Shown in pieces: positions 10,885 to 20,706 of a stretch of 32,056 nucleotides of DNA. The number at the start of each line of letters is the position of its first letter. Position 1 is the stretch's first letter. Under the pieces are notes generated by a model, which had not been told where the DNA came from, did not search any database, and was given only the letters and a program-made list of their open reading frames with translations. The stretch spans positions 3,012 through 35,067 of the forward strand of contig NW_008246199.1 of NCBI RefSeq assembly GCF_000281045.1. The letters are read 5' to 3'. The position numbers and the translations under genes are program-made. The DNA is from Saprolegnia diclina VS20 (Eukaryota).

Positions 10885-11661
10885 TTAAACAAGGCGGAGT
10901 GGTTGGTCCTTCTCGTCATTCGGATTCAAAGGTACATCCAGCCACGGCGAGGTCAATGGCGGCGTACTGCTCTGGTGCCAATGCGCCTTGAGCTTGGAGA
11001 GGCCCATCGCAAGGCCAAAGAAGGCACAGTGGCCGAGGAGCATCCCCATGTACCAGAGCAGTGCGAAGTCCTTGGTGACGTCCAAAAATGGGTAGACCCA
11101 GTCGTCGACCCAGTATTCGTGGACGACCCACGCAAACGCACCAAAAATATCGGGCAGCAGAAACGACGCATAGACCATGCTGCGCAACTGCACACGCAAA
11201 TCGTTGAGCCCAAATTCAAGCAAAAGCAGCGCCGAGTTGATGCCGTGCTGGGATATGTGCAGCCACGTGACCTTGTAAATATGCGAGTAGAGGGCACCCC
11301 AAAAGACTGTAGCAATGAGAAAACTGTTGACGAAAACGACATCAAAGAGCGTGTTGCGGGCGCAGCTATCGTTCGACCTGACGAGCGACGTGACGATCGC
11401 CCAGCCAAAGTAGATGGCTTGGAGGTTGAAGTTCCAGAACGTGTAGTAGACGTATTCGGCGACAATGCCGGCTTCGACAAACTGCGCGATGATGACGATG
11501 ACGTAAAAGCTGAGGCCCATGCACCGCACGCCGAGCAGGACCTTGGGATACCGAGTTGGGTAGCGCACAATCGGTGGTGCGGGCGACGACCTTTGCACGA
11601 AAAGGACAGCACCAAGCAGAGCGAGTGCGAGGAAGACGCCGACGACAACGGGTTGCCACAT
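10885..11661 (-). CDS. FAR-17a/AIG1-like membrane protein, paralog 5 (258 aa)
   Basis: Motifs YYTFWNFNLQAIYF, SQHGIN and WVYPFLD; convergent with paralog 4. Confidence 0.9.
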   Translation of the reverse strand: MWQPVVVGVFLALALLGAVLFVQRSSPAPPIVRYPTRYPKVLLGVRCMGLSFYVIVIIAQFVEAGIVAEYVYYTFWNFNLQAIYFGWAIVTSLVRSNDSCARNTLFDVVFVNSFLIATVFWGALYSHIYKVTWLHISQHGINSALLLLEFGLNDLRVQLRSMVYASFLLPDIFGAFAWVVHEYWVDDWVYPFLDVTKDFALLWYMGMLLGHCAFFGLAMGLSKLKAHWHQSSTPPLTSPWLDVPLNPNDEKDQPLRLV

Positions 11662-12456
11662 AACGATGCTTTGCCTTTGAGTGGTAGAAAAAAGAATGCA
11701 ACAGGATCGACCGCCACCCGCAGCGATATGGGCAACTGAACACCAGCGATCGAAACTCTGCGAGCCACAATTCAGCTTGTGCGATCGTGCGATGGGTTGT
11801 ATAGTTGGGAATCCAGTTGTATCTCGTACTGCAGTTCAACTGACCATGTATAGCGTTGGTCGAGAAAAGGCCACGTAGTACTATCAAAGCGGCCAGAACG
11901 TCGTTGAGCCCAGATTGCTTGTGCCAGAATGCATCGACACCGTTTATCGACACCGCCCAGGTGCAAATGTTGTTGCACGAGGGTTGTTGTGGCCAGAGAT
12001 GGACCCCCCACCGACAACGCGACTCGAATTTTCTCTATTTCAATGGCGTACGCTCGACGCCTGTACAGTCCATCTACCATGCGACGTTTGTCATTGGACC
12101 AATCGTTTGGATCATCGTGTGGACGGTGTAAACCACCATTGCGCGCGGCGACCGTGGTAGGAAACGTTGGCCCATACAAATCCGTCATGAAAATAAAGAG
12201 GGCAATTTCAGAAAATGACATCAATGGCTAAGTAATACATTTCACAATGGCAAGCTTCCTCAGGGGGCAATGGGCGTAATGGCTTCATTCCTGCCAGGAC
12301 CTCGGGTGAGTTGAGGCGGGGTGCTTACGACCCTTCGTGAAAAGGTCATTTCAACTCGAACTCGCGCAAAACACCCAGTTTGTGCGCATGTGTGGTTTGT
12401 GCGTGATGGAAAGATGCGTCGTGTGATCACGTACGCTCAAATGCACTTGCACCACA

Positions 12457-12669
12457 GCCTCGTTCAAAATCCCGGGCAGATGGCTCTCCGTCGCCTTCTC
12501 CGGCTCCTCGCTCAACACGAGTGGCCGCGCCAGCACCTTGTCCCGCTCCTGCCTCCGCCGGCCTAGATCAAGATCAACACCAGCGCCTACACTACGAAGA
12601 GAGTCCGACAATTTTATTTAGCGTAGATTTACGTATCTATTTTAATAGACGACCCACTTCAACAACAAC
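12457..12669 (+). mobile_element. Dispersed repeat copy 1, probable 3' fragment of a non-LTR retroelement with a (CAA)n tail; may extend further 5'
   Basis: Near-identical to 16614-16847 and ends in ttcaacaacaac, which abuts the stop codon of paralog 6. No TSD was found for this copy. Confidence 0.6.
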
Positions 12670-13415
12670 TAGACCTTAGCAACACTAGTCGACTCGCGCA
12701 TCAACGGCGATGCAAGATCATTGGCATCGCGGCGAACGCACTGCTTGCCCTTGGAGAGACAAACCGCGAGACCGAAAAAGACACAGTGGCCGAGGAGGAT
12801 CCCGACATACCACAATGGCGAGGCCACTTTGTAGACATTGAGGAACGAGTAGACCCAATAGTTGAGCCAGCCTTCGCGCGCGACCCACGCAAACGCAGCA
12901 AAGACATCCGGCAAGAGAAACGACGCATAGGCCATGCTGCGCGGCTGCACGGAAAAATCGTTGAGCGCAAATTCAAGCCCAAGCAGCATCGAGTTGACAC
13001 CGTGTTGGGCCATTTGAAGCCACGTGACGCCGTACTTGGGCGAGTAGAGCACGAGCCAAAAGACGGTCGCGACGACAAAGCTGTTGGCAAACACGACATC
13101 GAAAAGCGTGTTGAGCCCGCGGCTGTTGACCGACCCGACGACGCACGCGAGCAGCGTCCAGCCAAAGTAGACAGCCTGGAGGTTGAAGTTCCAGAACGTG
13201 TAAAAGTTGTAGGACGCAAAGCCAGATTGAACCCACTGCGCAACGAGCACGACGAGGTAAAAGGCGAGACAGAGCGACCGAAAACAAAACAGCGCGGTCG
13301 GAGACCGGGATTGAAACCGCGGCGATGGCGGTGCATGGCGCTGCTTGAGCACGAATGCAACGCCGCCGAAGAAGACGACGGCGAGGAGGACTCCGACGAC
13401 GATGGGTTGCCACAT
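12669..13415 (-). CDS. FAR-17a/AIG1-like membrane protein, paralog 6 (248 aa)
   Basis: Start MWQPIVVG at 13415 matches paralogs 4 and 5. Motifs FYTFWNFNLQAVYF, AQHGVN and WVYSFLN. Confidence 0.9.
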   Translation of the reverse strand: MWQPIVVGVLLAVVFFGGVAFVLKQRHAPPSPRFQSRSPTALFCFRSLCLAFYLVVLVAQWVQSGFASYNFYTFWNFNLQAVYFGWTLLACVVGSVNSRGLNTLFDVVFANSFVVATVFWLVLYSPKYGVTWLQMAQHGVNSMLLGLEFALNDFSVQPRSMAYASFLLPDVFAAFAWVAREGWLNYWVYSFLNVYKVASPLWYVGILLGHCVFFGLAVCLSKGKQCVRRDANDLASPLMRESTSVAKV

Positions 13416-14267
13416 GCCACAAAAAACCAAAATGAAATGCTCGAAAAATGACCTTCGGCTACCATCGCGGATGGCGTGAGCAACGCGGCTACACCAAGAA
13501 GATTTGCCAGCTGGGATGCAGGGATGGGCATGTGACGTCATCATTGGTGTCGTTTGTGTATAGATGGATAGGGTCCGACTTTGAGGAACGGACGGCCATG
13601 GGAAGGGCAAGCGACCACAAGAGGTCGAATCGAATGGCGGGTCATACCTGGTTGGAAAACACTTTGGTGGGGCACGGACCGAATCATGCCGTGGTTCAGT
13701 CAGAGTCGGCGAATGATTAACCGTTGTAACATGAGACTTCTGGCCCGAAGCACTCGCGAAGGGCACGGATCCTGCATTACGCACAGTAGCAAGCCACCGG
13801 GGCTTGGCGCGAAAATTACGCCGAGCGAACACACAATATTTTTGTTGCACTGGTCCATGGCACCGTCGGTTTCAACGATTTGCAGTCGTTGGATCGATCC
13901 CGTGACCTCCAGCGCACGGCCGCTCGGTGCGGATGGTTGCCATTTATGTGAGTAAATCGATCGTGTATGATTAGTATTGGCCTTTCTGGGATTTGTTAAT
14001 TGGACTTGCAGACGAATCCATCTGCGACTTGGTTCCCCGCGGCTGTCTCGACGATGGCATGTAAGTACAGTATCTGTACCGCTTTAACCAATCACAGTTG
14101 TCCTTGAACGATCCAGCCAATCATCGTCGTCAAAAACGGTTCCGAGTCCTGCGTTTCACTTTTAGAGCGCGGGAAATATCTGAATATAGCGCAACATTTT
14201 ACGACGTCGACCGCTGACATTGTGCCCACTCTGTACCCCAAAAAGTGGCGGTGAGGTGAGAACGAAG

Positions 14268-16172
14268 ATGATGACCTTTGCCACCGGTAACAAGAAGCTA
14301 TCGCCGTCCATCACCCCGATCAGCGTCGTGGCTCCCAACCCCACGCAGCCTGCGCCGACGACATCAGCACCCACCAAACGCTTTCTGCACTTCGATCGCT
14401 TCATTCGGCTCCTGGACTTTTGCATCAACGTCTACTCTCTCCTCTCGTTCGTAACGACCTCGACGCTTGTCGACATGCTGCTCATGCGCCAAGCTGTGTT
14501 TATGGACGACGTAGCCAACGGCGTGTATGACTTTGCACCAGAGGGGCCCAGTGACGTCGTCATTCTCCATCTCCTCCGCAATGCGACGTCCGGCCAAAGC
14601 AAGCATGTCGGGCTGCGTGACGCGGCGCTCGCAACGCCGGACGGCGGCCACTCGCTCAGCTGGTGCCTCCGCGTCGGCATCACCCTCGGCGTCGAATACC
14701 ATGCCGTGTACAACAACGACGGCGTCTCACGGAGGTACCTTCGGTACGTGCACACAAAGTTACCACCACGCTGCGTCGGGTGGACGGTCGCGCCCGGTGG
14801 ATCGTTTAACGATTCGCGGATCCTCGCCGTCGACGATGCCCGTGCAGGGTTTGGCCAGTCGTATCTGCACTGCAGCGACCCGCGGTACTACACGCCGCCG
14901 TTTGGCCAAACGGCCAATGTCAGCTCGTTTCAATTCCGTGCTGGGTATGTGGTTGCGCAGCAGCACTTTGCCGGTGGCAGCTTTGGCATTGAGACGCACA
15001 TATCCCACTGCAAGGCCGAAAAAATAGGCGACTCGCTGATGTACAAAGTGTCGCCGTTTCTCGAGGGCGACACAAGCGAAGTCGTCAACGTTCTCTTTAG
15101 CACCAAGAACTGGGCGCTATGGCTGCTCGATTACGTCGGGCAAAGCATTGTACTTTTGATTTTGATTCAAGAAGTCTTGCGCTCGTCGGCCCAAACGATC
15201 ACATACATTCCAACGCAATCGTATTCGCTGTATGCGGCTGCTGTCGACGTCCTATGTGGTCGTGAACCCCGCGCGCGACCAACGCTGGACGGTGGCTACT
15301 CGGTCATGAGCTTTGCGCAAATCTGGCTCGCGAATCCGTGCTATCTCATTGGCAACTGCATGTACGCCCTCGGGACAACCAACGAGACGCAGACGCTTGT
15401 CGAGACGTTCTTTTGGCAGTATTCCGTCGGCGGTCGCTTCACCGACCTCGCCCAAGCCACGGTGTATGCGATGCGGCATGCGTGGGTCAGCGTCGCAGTG
15501 TGGAGCGTCCTGCGATTGGTCGTGACGCGCCTCTACCTCCCGTTCCTTCCACGCGTGTTTGTTCGGAGTGTGCACATGGTCGAAGTCTATTGCTCGTGCC
15601 GCGCCATTGTACTCGCCTTTCTTCTCGCCTGCCTCGTGACGGCGGTCTCGCGCGGTCATTGGTTTCTGACCGACCGAATGAACGTGATCGACGTGGCCTA
15701 TGGCCTCCCAAAGTCGGCCTTCTGGAGCTCTGAAGACATGACAAGTCTCTCCATGAGCCATACGTTTGGGATCCTCTTTGCGACGATCTTTGGCCTCATC
15801 ACGCGAGGTTTCTTGGCGTGGCTCCTCCCCGGGCACCGCACCAACTCGTTCTTCCAAGCCATTGACCGCCACCGCGTCTGCTCGGGTTTTGACATGCCGC
15901 AGCTGCTCAGCGGATCGCGCTCGTTGCGTGTCGGCGACCGCTGGGTCCTCTTGTTGCCGCTCGCGGATGTCTACTTGATTTTTTCGTCGGTGAATCTGCT
16001 CCGACAAACGGCCATGCCGAGTCTGCCGTCTGCGCCCCCCGGACACGCGGTCGAGTGCATCACGAGCGACAACGGCACGGTCCTCGAGCTGCGGGATGCT
16101 GGTATCTATGTGCCTGAACTCGCAGCGCTGCAGCAGGAGGCGAGCGGATACCTGTACTGCGCTGTAATTTGA
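14268..16172 (+). CDS. Unknown multi-pass membrane protein family 'A', paralog 1 (634 aa)
   Basis: Intronless ORF with first ATG at 14268. N-terminal TM, then a ~220-aa domain with four conserved Cys (WC, RC, HC, HC), several TMs and a C-terminal YLYCAVI. Clearly homologous to the ORFs at 16904 and 22635. Confidence 0.88.
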   Translation: MMTFATGNKKLSPSITPISVVAPNPTQPAPTTSAPTKRFLHFDRFIRLLDFCINVYSLLSFVTTSTLVDMLLMRQAVFMDDVANGVYDFAPEGPSDVVILHLLRNATSGQSKHVGLRDAALATPDGGHSLSWCLRVGITLGVEYHAVYNNDGVSRRYLRYVHTKLPPRCVGWTVAPGGSFNDSRILAVDDARAGFGQSYLHCSDPRYYTPPFGQTANVSSFQFRAGYVVAQQHFAGGSFGIETHISHCKAEKIGDSLMYKVSPFLEGDTSEVVNVLFSTKNWALWLLDYVGQSIVLLILIQEVLRSSAQTITYIPTQSYSLYAAAVDVLCGREPRARPTLDGGYSVMSFAQIWLANPCYLIGNCMYALGTTNETQTLVETFFWQYSVGGRFTDLAQATVYAMRHAWVSVAVWSVLRLVVTRLYLPFLPRVFVRSVHMVEVYCSCRAIVLAFLLACLVTAVSRGHWFLTDRMNVIDVAYGLPKSAFWSSEDMTSLSMSHTFGILFATIFGLITRGFLAWLLPGHRTNSFFQAIDRHRVCSGFDMPQLLSGSRSLRVGDRWVLLLPLADVYLIFSSVNLLRQTAMPSLPSAPPGHAVECITSDNGTVLELRDAGIYVPELAALQQEASGYLYCAVI

Positions 16173-16596
16173 GTCCGAGAGGGCGTTGGTCGTCTCGTTT
16201 GAACGTAAAGCATGCATTTCGAGCGAATGTGAGCTCCGCGCGTGGCAAATATGCGTACTATAGTGACGGCAATAAGATCTCATTCGACGATCGTACGCTT
16301 CTCGAGCTTGGAAGCAACTACATGTGATGAATTCACTTAGTGTGAGATGTAGTCGTCCTGGTTTGGTGCTTCGCATGTAGAAAGTAGAGTACGATTCCTA
16401 CTACGACTCCAGAAAGGTCATTGAGGCTGGGGACTCGCTGAGACGGGGACGATTCCCTTGACACTGACGGAGTTGCTGTTGAATTGAGCTATTGATGAAT
16501 GCTGATCGAGCTCGTCGCTGTCGCGATCTTGCGCACCAATGCATACAATGTACGTCGCACAGGTCCAGTGATTCTCCATGTGGAGGCGCCTCTATG

Positions 16597-16860
16597 CAAC
16601 CGTTATGGCAACCGCCTCGTTCAAAACCCAGGGCAGATGGCTCTACGTCGCCTTCTCCGGCTCCTCGCTCAACACGAGTGGCCGCGCCAGCACCTTGTCC
16701 CGCGGATCGCGCTCCTGCCTCCGCCGGCCTAGATCAAGATCATCACCAGCGTCTACACAACCAAGAAAGTCCGACAATTTTATTTAGCGTAGATTTACGT
16801 ACATATTTACGTATCTATTTTAATAGACGACCCACTTCAACAACAACCGTTATGTCAACC
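16597..16860 (+). mobile_element. Dispersed repeat copy 2 (16614-16847) with a 17-bp target-site duplication; probable 5'-truncated non-LTR retroelement or SINE-like insertion
   Basis: Flanked by caaccgttatggcaacc (16597-16613) and caaccgttatgtcaacc (16844-16860). The (CAA)n tail overlaps the right-hand repeat. The body matches 12457-12669 apart from a 9-bp and a 12-bp insertion and a few SNPs. Confidence 0.7.
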
Positions 16861-16903
16861 GGAAACTGGAAACGACCGTTTCGTCCTTTCTGCTCAAAAA
16901 GTG

Positions 16904-18820
16904 ATGTATGACCACCCACGGCCGCTGTTGCCGCGGCGAAGCCTCCTTCGCGTGCACACCGCTAGCCGCAAAGCACGAGGACCGTCCGTCACAGACCTTC
17001 CGCGCCGCTGCACACGTCGCTCCTCCTGCGTGCGCGGCGTTCAGTTCGACTGGCTCTTGCGGCTTCTCGATATGTGCCTCAACGTCTACCCGCTCGTCTC
17101 CTTCTTGGCCACCTCGTCGCTTGTGGACAATCTTCTCATGCGCCAAGCGTCCTTTATGGACGATATCGTCCATGGCGTGTACAACTTGACACCGCTTCTG
17201 CCCGTTGACGTCAAGATCCAAAGCATTTTGCAACAAGGACATGCAGGACAGAGCAAGCGCATCGGCGTTCGTGATGCGTCCCTCGCATTTCCCGGCGGCA
17301 ACCACTCGCTCAGCTGGTGCATGCGCGTCAACATCTCGCTCGGCGTTCAGTACCATACCATGTACAACCACGACGGCGTGTCCCGGCGACTGCTACGGTT
17401 CGTGCACACCAATTTACCGCCGAGTTGCGTCGGATGGACCGTCGCGCCGGGTGGCAGCCACGACGCACCACGCCTTCACGTTGTGGATGATGCACGGTCC
17501 GGCTACGGCACCTCGTATCTGCACTGCACCGATCAACGGTACTACATACCACCGCTCGGTCAAGCGACCAACGTGAGCCAATTCCGGTTTCGAGCCGGGT
17601 ACATCGTCGCCCAGCAGCGCGACGCGGGAGGTGATTTGAGTGTCGAGACACACATTTCGCAGTGCAAAGCCGAGAAGATCGGCGATTCACTGGTATACAA
17701 GGTGTCGCCGGCGATCGAGGGCGATGACACCGAAGACGTCAACATCCTCTTTGGCCAAAAGAGTCGGTTGCTGACGCTTCTGGACTATGCCGGTCAGATG
17801 ATCGTGCTCAGTGTGCTGCTGTTTGAAGCGACCCGGGCGTCGGTGCCGTCCGTCACACGCGTTCCGACGCAGTCGTTTGCCTGGTATGCGACGGCGATCC
17901 CGTGGCTCTCACGTGACCACGTGTCATTCATTGAGTTCATGGATGTGGGGCACTCGGTCATGAGTCTCTCGCAGCTCTGGCTCGCCAACCCGTGGTATCT
18001 CATGGGCAACTGCATGTACGCGATCGGGACAACCCACGAGACCCAGACACTGGTCGAGATCTTTTTCTGGCAATTTCTTATCCGGCGTCACGTGACCGAC
18101 TTGATCTATGCCGTTCTCTACTCGGTGCGCCAAGCGTGGGTCAGTGTCTTCTTTTGGACAACATGTCGTGCCGCGATTCGGAGACTCAAGGTACCGCGCT
18201 GGCTGCGAACAAATGTCTGCGCAATGGAAGCGTACGTGTCGTGCCGCAGCACCATCGTCGCCTTTATGCTGGCGTGCCTCGGCACAGGGTTTCTTCGTGG
18301 CAGCCTCATTCTCACACAGCGCCTTAACGTTGTTGATATGGGCAGCGGTATGGCCGAGGCGCCTGTTTGGAGCTCCCAAGACATGACCACCCTTCTCATC
18401 TGCCACGGCTTTGCCATCGCGCTCGGCGGTAGCTTTGGCGTCTGTATCTGCCAGCTCTTGCGCTGGCGGTGTCCCGGCCACGAACGCAACTCGTTTGTGC
18501 GGGCCGTGCAGCAGCACCGGGTTGTTGCCGGCTTTGACATTGCCCACCTCCTCGGCGGCTCTCGGTCCCTCAATATGGGCGGGCGTTGCGTCTTGCTACT
18601 GCCGCTCGCAGACCTCTACCACGTCTACGCGTCTGTCAACGTCCTACAAAGCACGTGCATGCGACCGCTGCCTCGGAATCTGCCACGAGGCAACGCGATC
18701 GAGTGTGCGACGGACGCTGCAGGCGTGACCTTGCGCTGGAGTGACTCGGGGCTCCACGTTCCCGCGCTGGCCGAGCTCCAAGTCGACGCAACAGGCTATA
18801 TCTACTGCGCCGTGGTGTAA
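16904..18820 (+). CDS. Unknown multi-pass membrane protein family 'A', paralog 2 (638 aa)
   Basis: Intact ORF with shared motifs LLMRQA, HSLSWC, CKAEKIGDSL, WLANPWY and YIYCAVV. Confidence 0.88.
   Translation: MYDHPRPLLPRRSLLRVHTASRKARGPSVTDLPRRCTRRSSCVRGVQFDWLLRLLDMCLNVYPLVSFLATSSLVDNLLMRQASFMDDIVHGVYNLTPLLPVDVKIQSILQQGHAGQSKRIGVRDASLAFPGGNHSLSWCMRVNISLGVQYHTMYNHDGVSRRLLRFVHTNLPPSCVGWTVAPGGSHDAPRLHVVDDARSGYGTSYLHCTDQRYYIPPLGQATNVSQFRFRAGYIVAQQRDAGGDLSVETHISQCKAEKIGDSLVYKVSPAIEGDDTEDVNILFGQKSRLLTLLDYAGQMIVLSVLLFEATRASVPSVTRVPTQSFAWYATAIPWLSRDHVSFIEFMDVGHSVMSLSQLWLANPWYLMGNCMYAIGTTHETQTLVEIFFWQFLIRRHVTDLIYAVLYSVRQAWVSVFFWTTCRAAIRRLKVPRWLRTNVCAMEAYVSCRSTIVAFMLACLGTGFLRGSLILTQRLNVVDMGSGMAEAPVWSSQDMTTLLICHGFAIALGGSFGVCICQLLRWRCPGHERNSFVRAVQQHRVVAGFDIAHLLGGSRSLNMGGRCVLLLPLADLYHVYASVNVLQSTCMRPLPRNLPRGNAIECATDAAGVTLRWSDSGLHVPALAELQVDATGYIYCAVV
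17111..17797 (+). repeat. 687-bp near-identical tract, inverted relative to 21739-22425
   Basis: Gap-free match to the reverse complement of 21739-22425, with roughly 18 mismatches by eye. Confidence 0.92.
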
Positions 18821-19176
18821 TATTGTCTTATCGTATATCGAGTACACTGTACCATAGTGTCATTGGACGCCATGGACGAGGTATGTCCAACTCGAAAGGA
18901 TGAATTGGCCAAGCAGTCACTTTGCACTTCGGTAGGAATTACGGATATTATCCGGTATGCCGAACGTTTTGGATCGGCGAAGACAGGCGGGAGGTCCTGA
19001 AGCCAGTACTATATGGCTAGGCAGAGCTGAGCAAGTCCAAGCCACGAGATCGCAGCCGGGTACGCCTGTTGGACGTGTTTAGCCCTACTGCGGAACACCT
19101 ACCCGGTACGATGTAGAAGGCACGTGGGTTGACTCGAATGCCTGACTCAGTCTCTGGTGGTCAGCGACCAGGTGGT

Positions 19177-19192
19177 GATCATTTCGCGATTT
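19177..19192 (+). promoter_or_regulatory. Oomycete INR+FPR core promoter of the esterase gene
   Basis: GATCATTTCGCGATTT matches the oomycete consensus GCTCATTYYNCAWTTT at 14 of 16 positions and ends just upstream of ATG 19210. Confidence 0.6.
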
Positions 19193-19209
19193 GCACTCGA
19201 CCGACGACG

Positions 19210-20431
19210 ATGGAGTGGCGTGCGTCGCTGCCAACGATGCCGCCGCAGACGCCGCTGCGACTCGTGCTGCGCTTTCTTGGCATGACGCTGTCCACCCTCG
19301 TTCAGTACTGTCTTGGTCGCTACACGCCGCCCGTCGACGGCTGGTCGCTCCGCACCGCGCTCTCGGTGCAGTACCTCAACCTCATCCTCGAGAACGAGCG
19401 CATGGCGGCGCGGCGCATGACGACGCTGTCGTCCAAGGTGGCCAACCTCGCCATCCGAGACAGCATCACCGCGGTCTCTGGTCCTGGCTTTCAAGGCCTC
19501 TGGCTCGGCGACGCCCAAGAGGCCAGTAGCACGGACCCGATCCTGCTCTACATGCACGGTACGTGCATCGTTCGTCCTCTTTTGCGTTTTCAAACCACGG
19601 GCTAGGCGGCGGCTACACCACTTGTGATGCGCGAACGTACCTCTCGGGTCTCGCCGAGTTGCGCACGGCGCTGGCGACAGCCCATGGCATCGATCTGCGT
19701 GTGCTGGCGCTTGAGTACACGCTGGCGCCCGAGGCGCGGGTAAGTTTTTGCACGTTGTAGTTTGATGGCATGATGGACAACTTGTCTGTAGTTTCCAACT
19801 CAGATCCACGAAGCCGAAGCTGCATACGAGCACGTGGTGACAACCTTTCCATCGCGACCCGTCTTTTTGTTTGGCGACTCGGCCGGTGGCAACCTCGCGT
19901 TGGCGCTTTTGCAAACGCTGCGCGACCGAGGTACGTGGCCTTTCCTGCATCCAGTGTCTAGTACAGTGTTTGAAACAGTGTATGATGCTAGCGGCACCGC
20001 TTCCGGCGCCAACCGGCGCGGTGCTTGTCTCGCCGTGGTGCAACGCCGACGTCACGGCGTTCGCGCCGTCGTACGCCAAGTACAAAGCTGTCGACGTCAT
20101 CCATGCCCACCACCTGCGGCTTCATGTGGATGCCTACCTCCCCGAGGACGCGCCGGCGTCACTGCTGCAAAATCCGCTCGTGTCGCCAGTGCACGGTGAT
20201 TTTACCGGCATGTGTCCGATGTTACTGCATTATGGCGGAAAAGAAGCCTTCAGCGACGACTGCAAGCGCCTTGAAGAGGTCTTGCGTCGCCAGAACGTGC
20301 CACTTACCGTTGAAGTCGAGCCGCTCGCCCCCCACATCACCCCTGTTTTGGGCTTCTTTTTCAAGGAGATGGCAGCGCGCGGTGTCGCAGCCATTGCAAC
20401 CTTTATCGCTACGACCGCATCGACGACGTAG
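19210..20431 (+). CDS. Alpha/beta hydrolase, hormone-sensitive-lipase-like (Abhydrolase_3) esterase; 4 exons: 19210-19558, 19606-19739, 19792-19930, 19992-20431
   Basis: Splicing three GT..TAG introns gives LYMHGGGY (oxyanion hole), LEYTLAPEARFPTQI, FGDSAGGNLA (nucleophile), VLVSPW, GGKEAFSDD (acid) and APH (His). Confidence 0.93.
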
Positions 20432-20706
20432 CGCAATGTAGTGCTCGTCAACAAACAATACGTGTGGCATGCAAACTCGCGCGTCTCTGCGCGTGTATAC
20501 TGTCGACACCGAGTCCTAGTTCTAAACGAGCCGAATAGCCTAGGAATGCGAATAATTCCCTTGCTACACATTTCTCTTTTCCCATTTCTTTTCGAGCATT
20601 TGACGTATAGGGTAAGGAAATATCAAGCCTTGGGTTAGGGTCCTTTCCACGATACGGATTGCAAACCTATGCTGTCCAAGCAAATTTGGATATTTGGGGT
20701 CCTTTT

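Noticed and set aside
12339..16422. Shared aaaggtcatt upstream of both repeat copies (about 12341 and 16413)
   Set aside because: Only about 10 nt, at different distances from the element and outside the TSD; likely chance.
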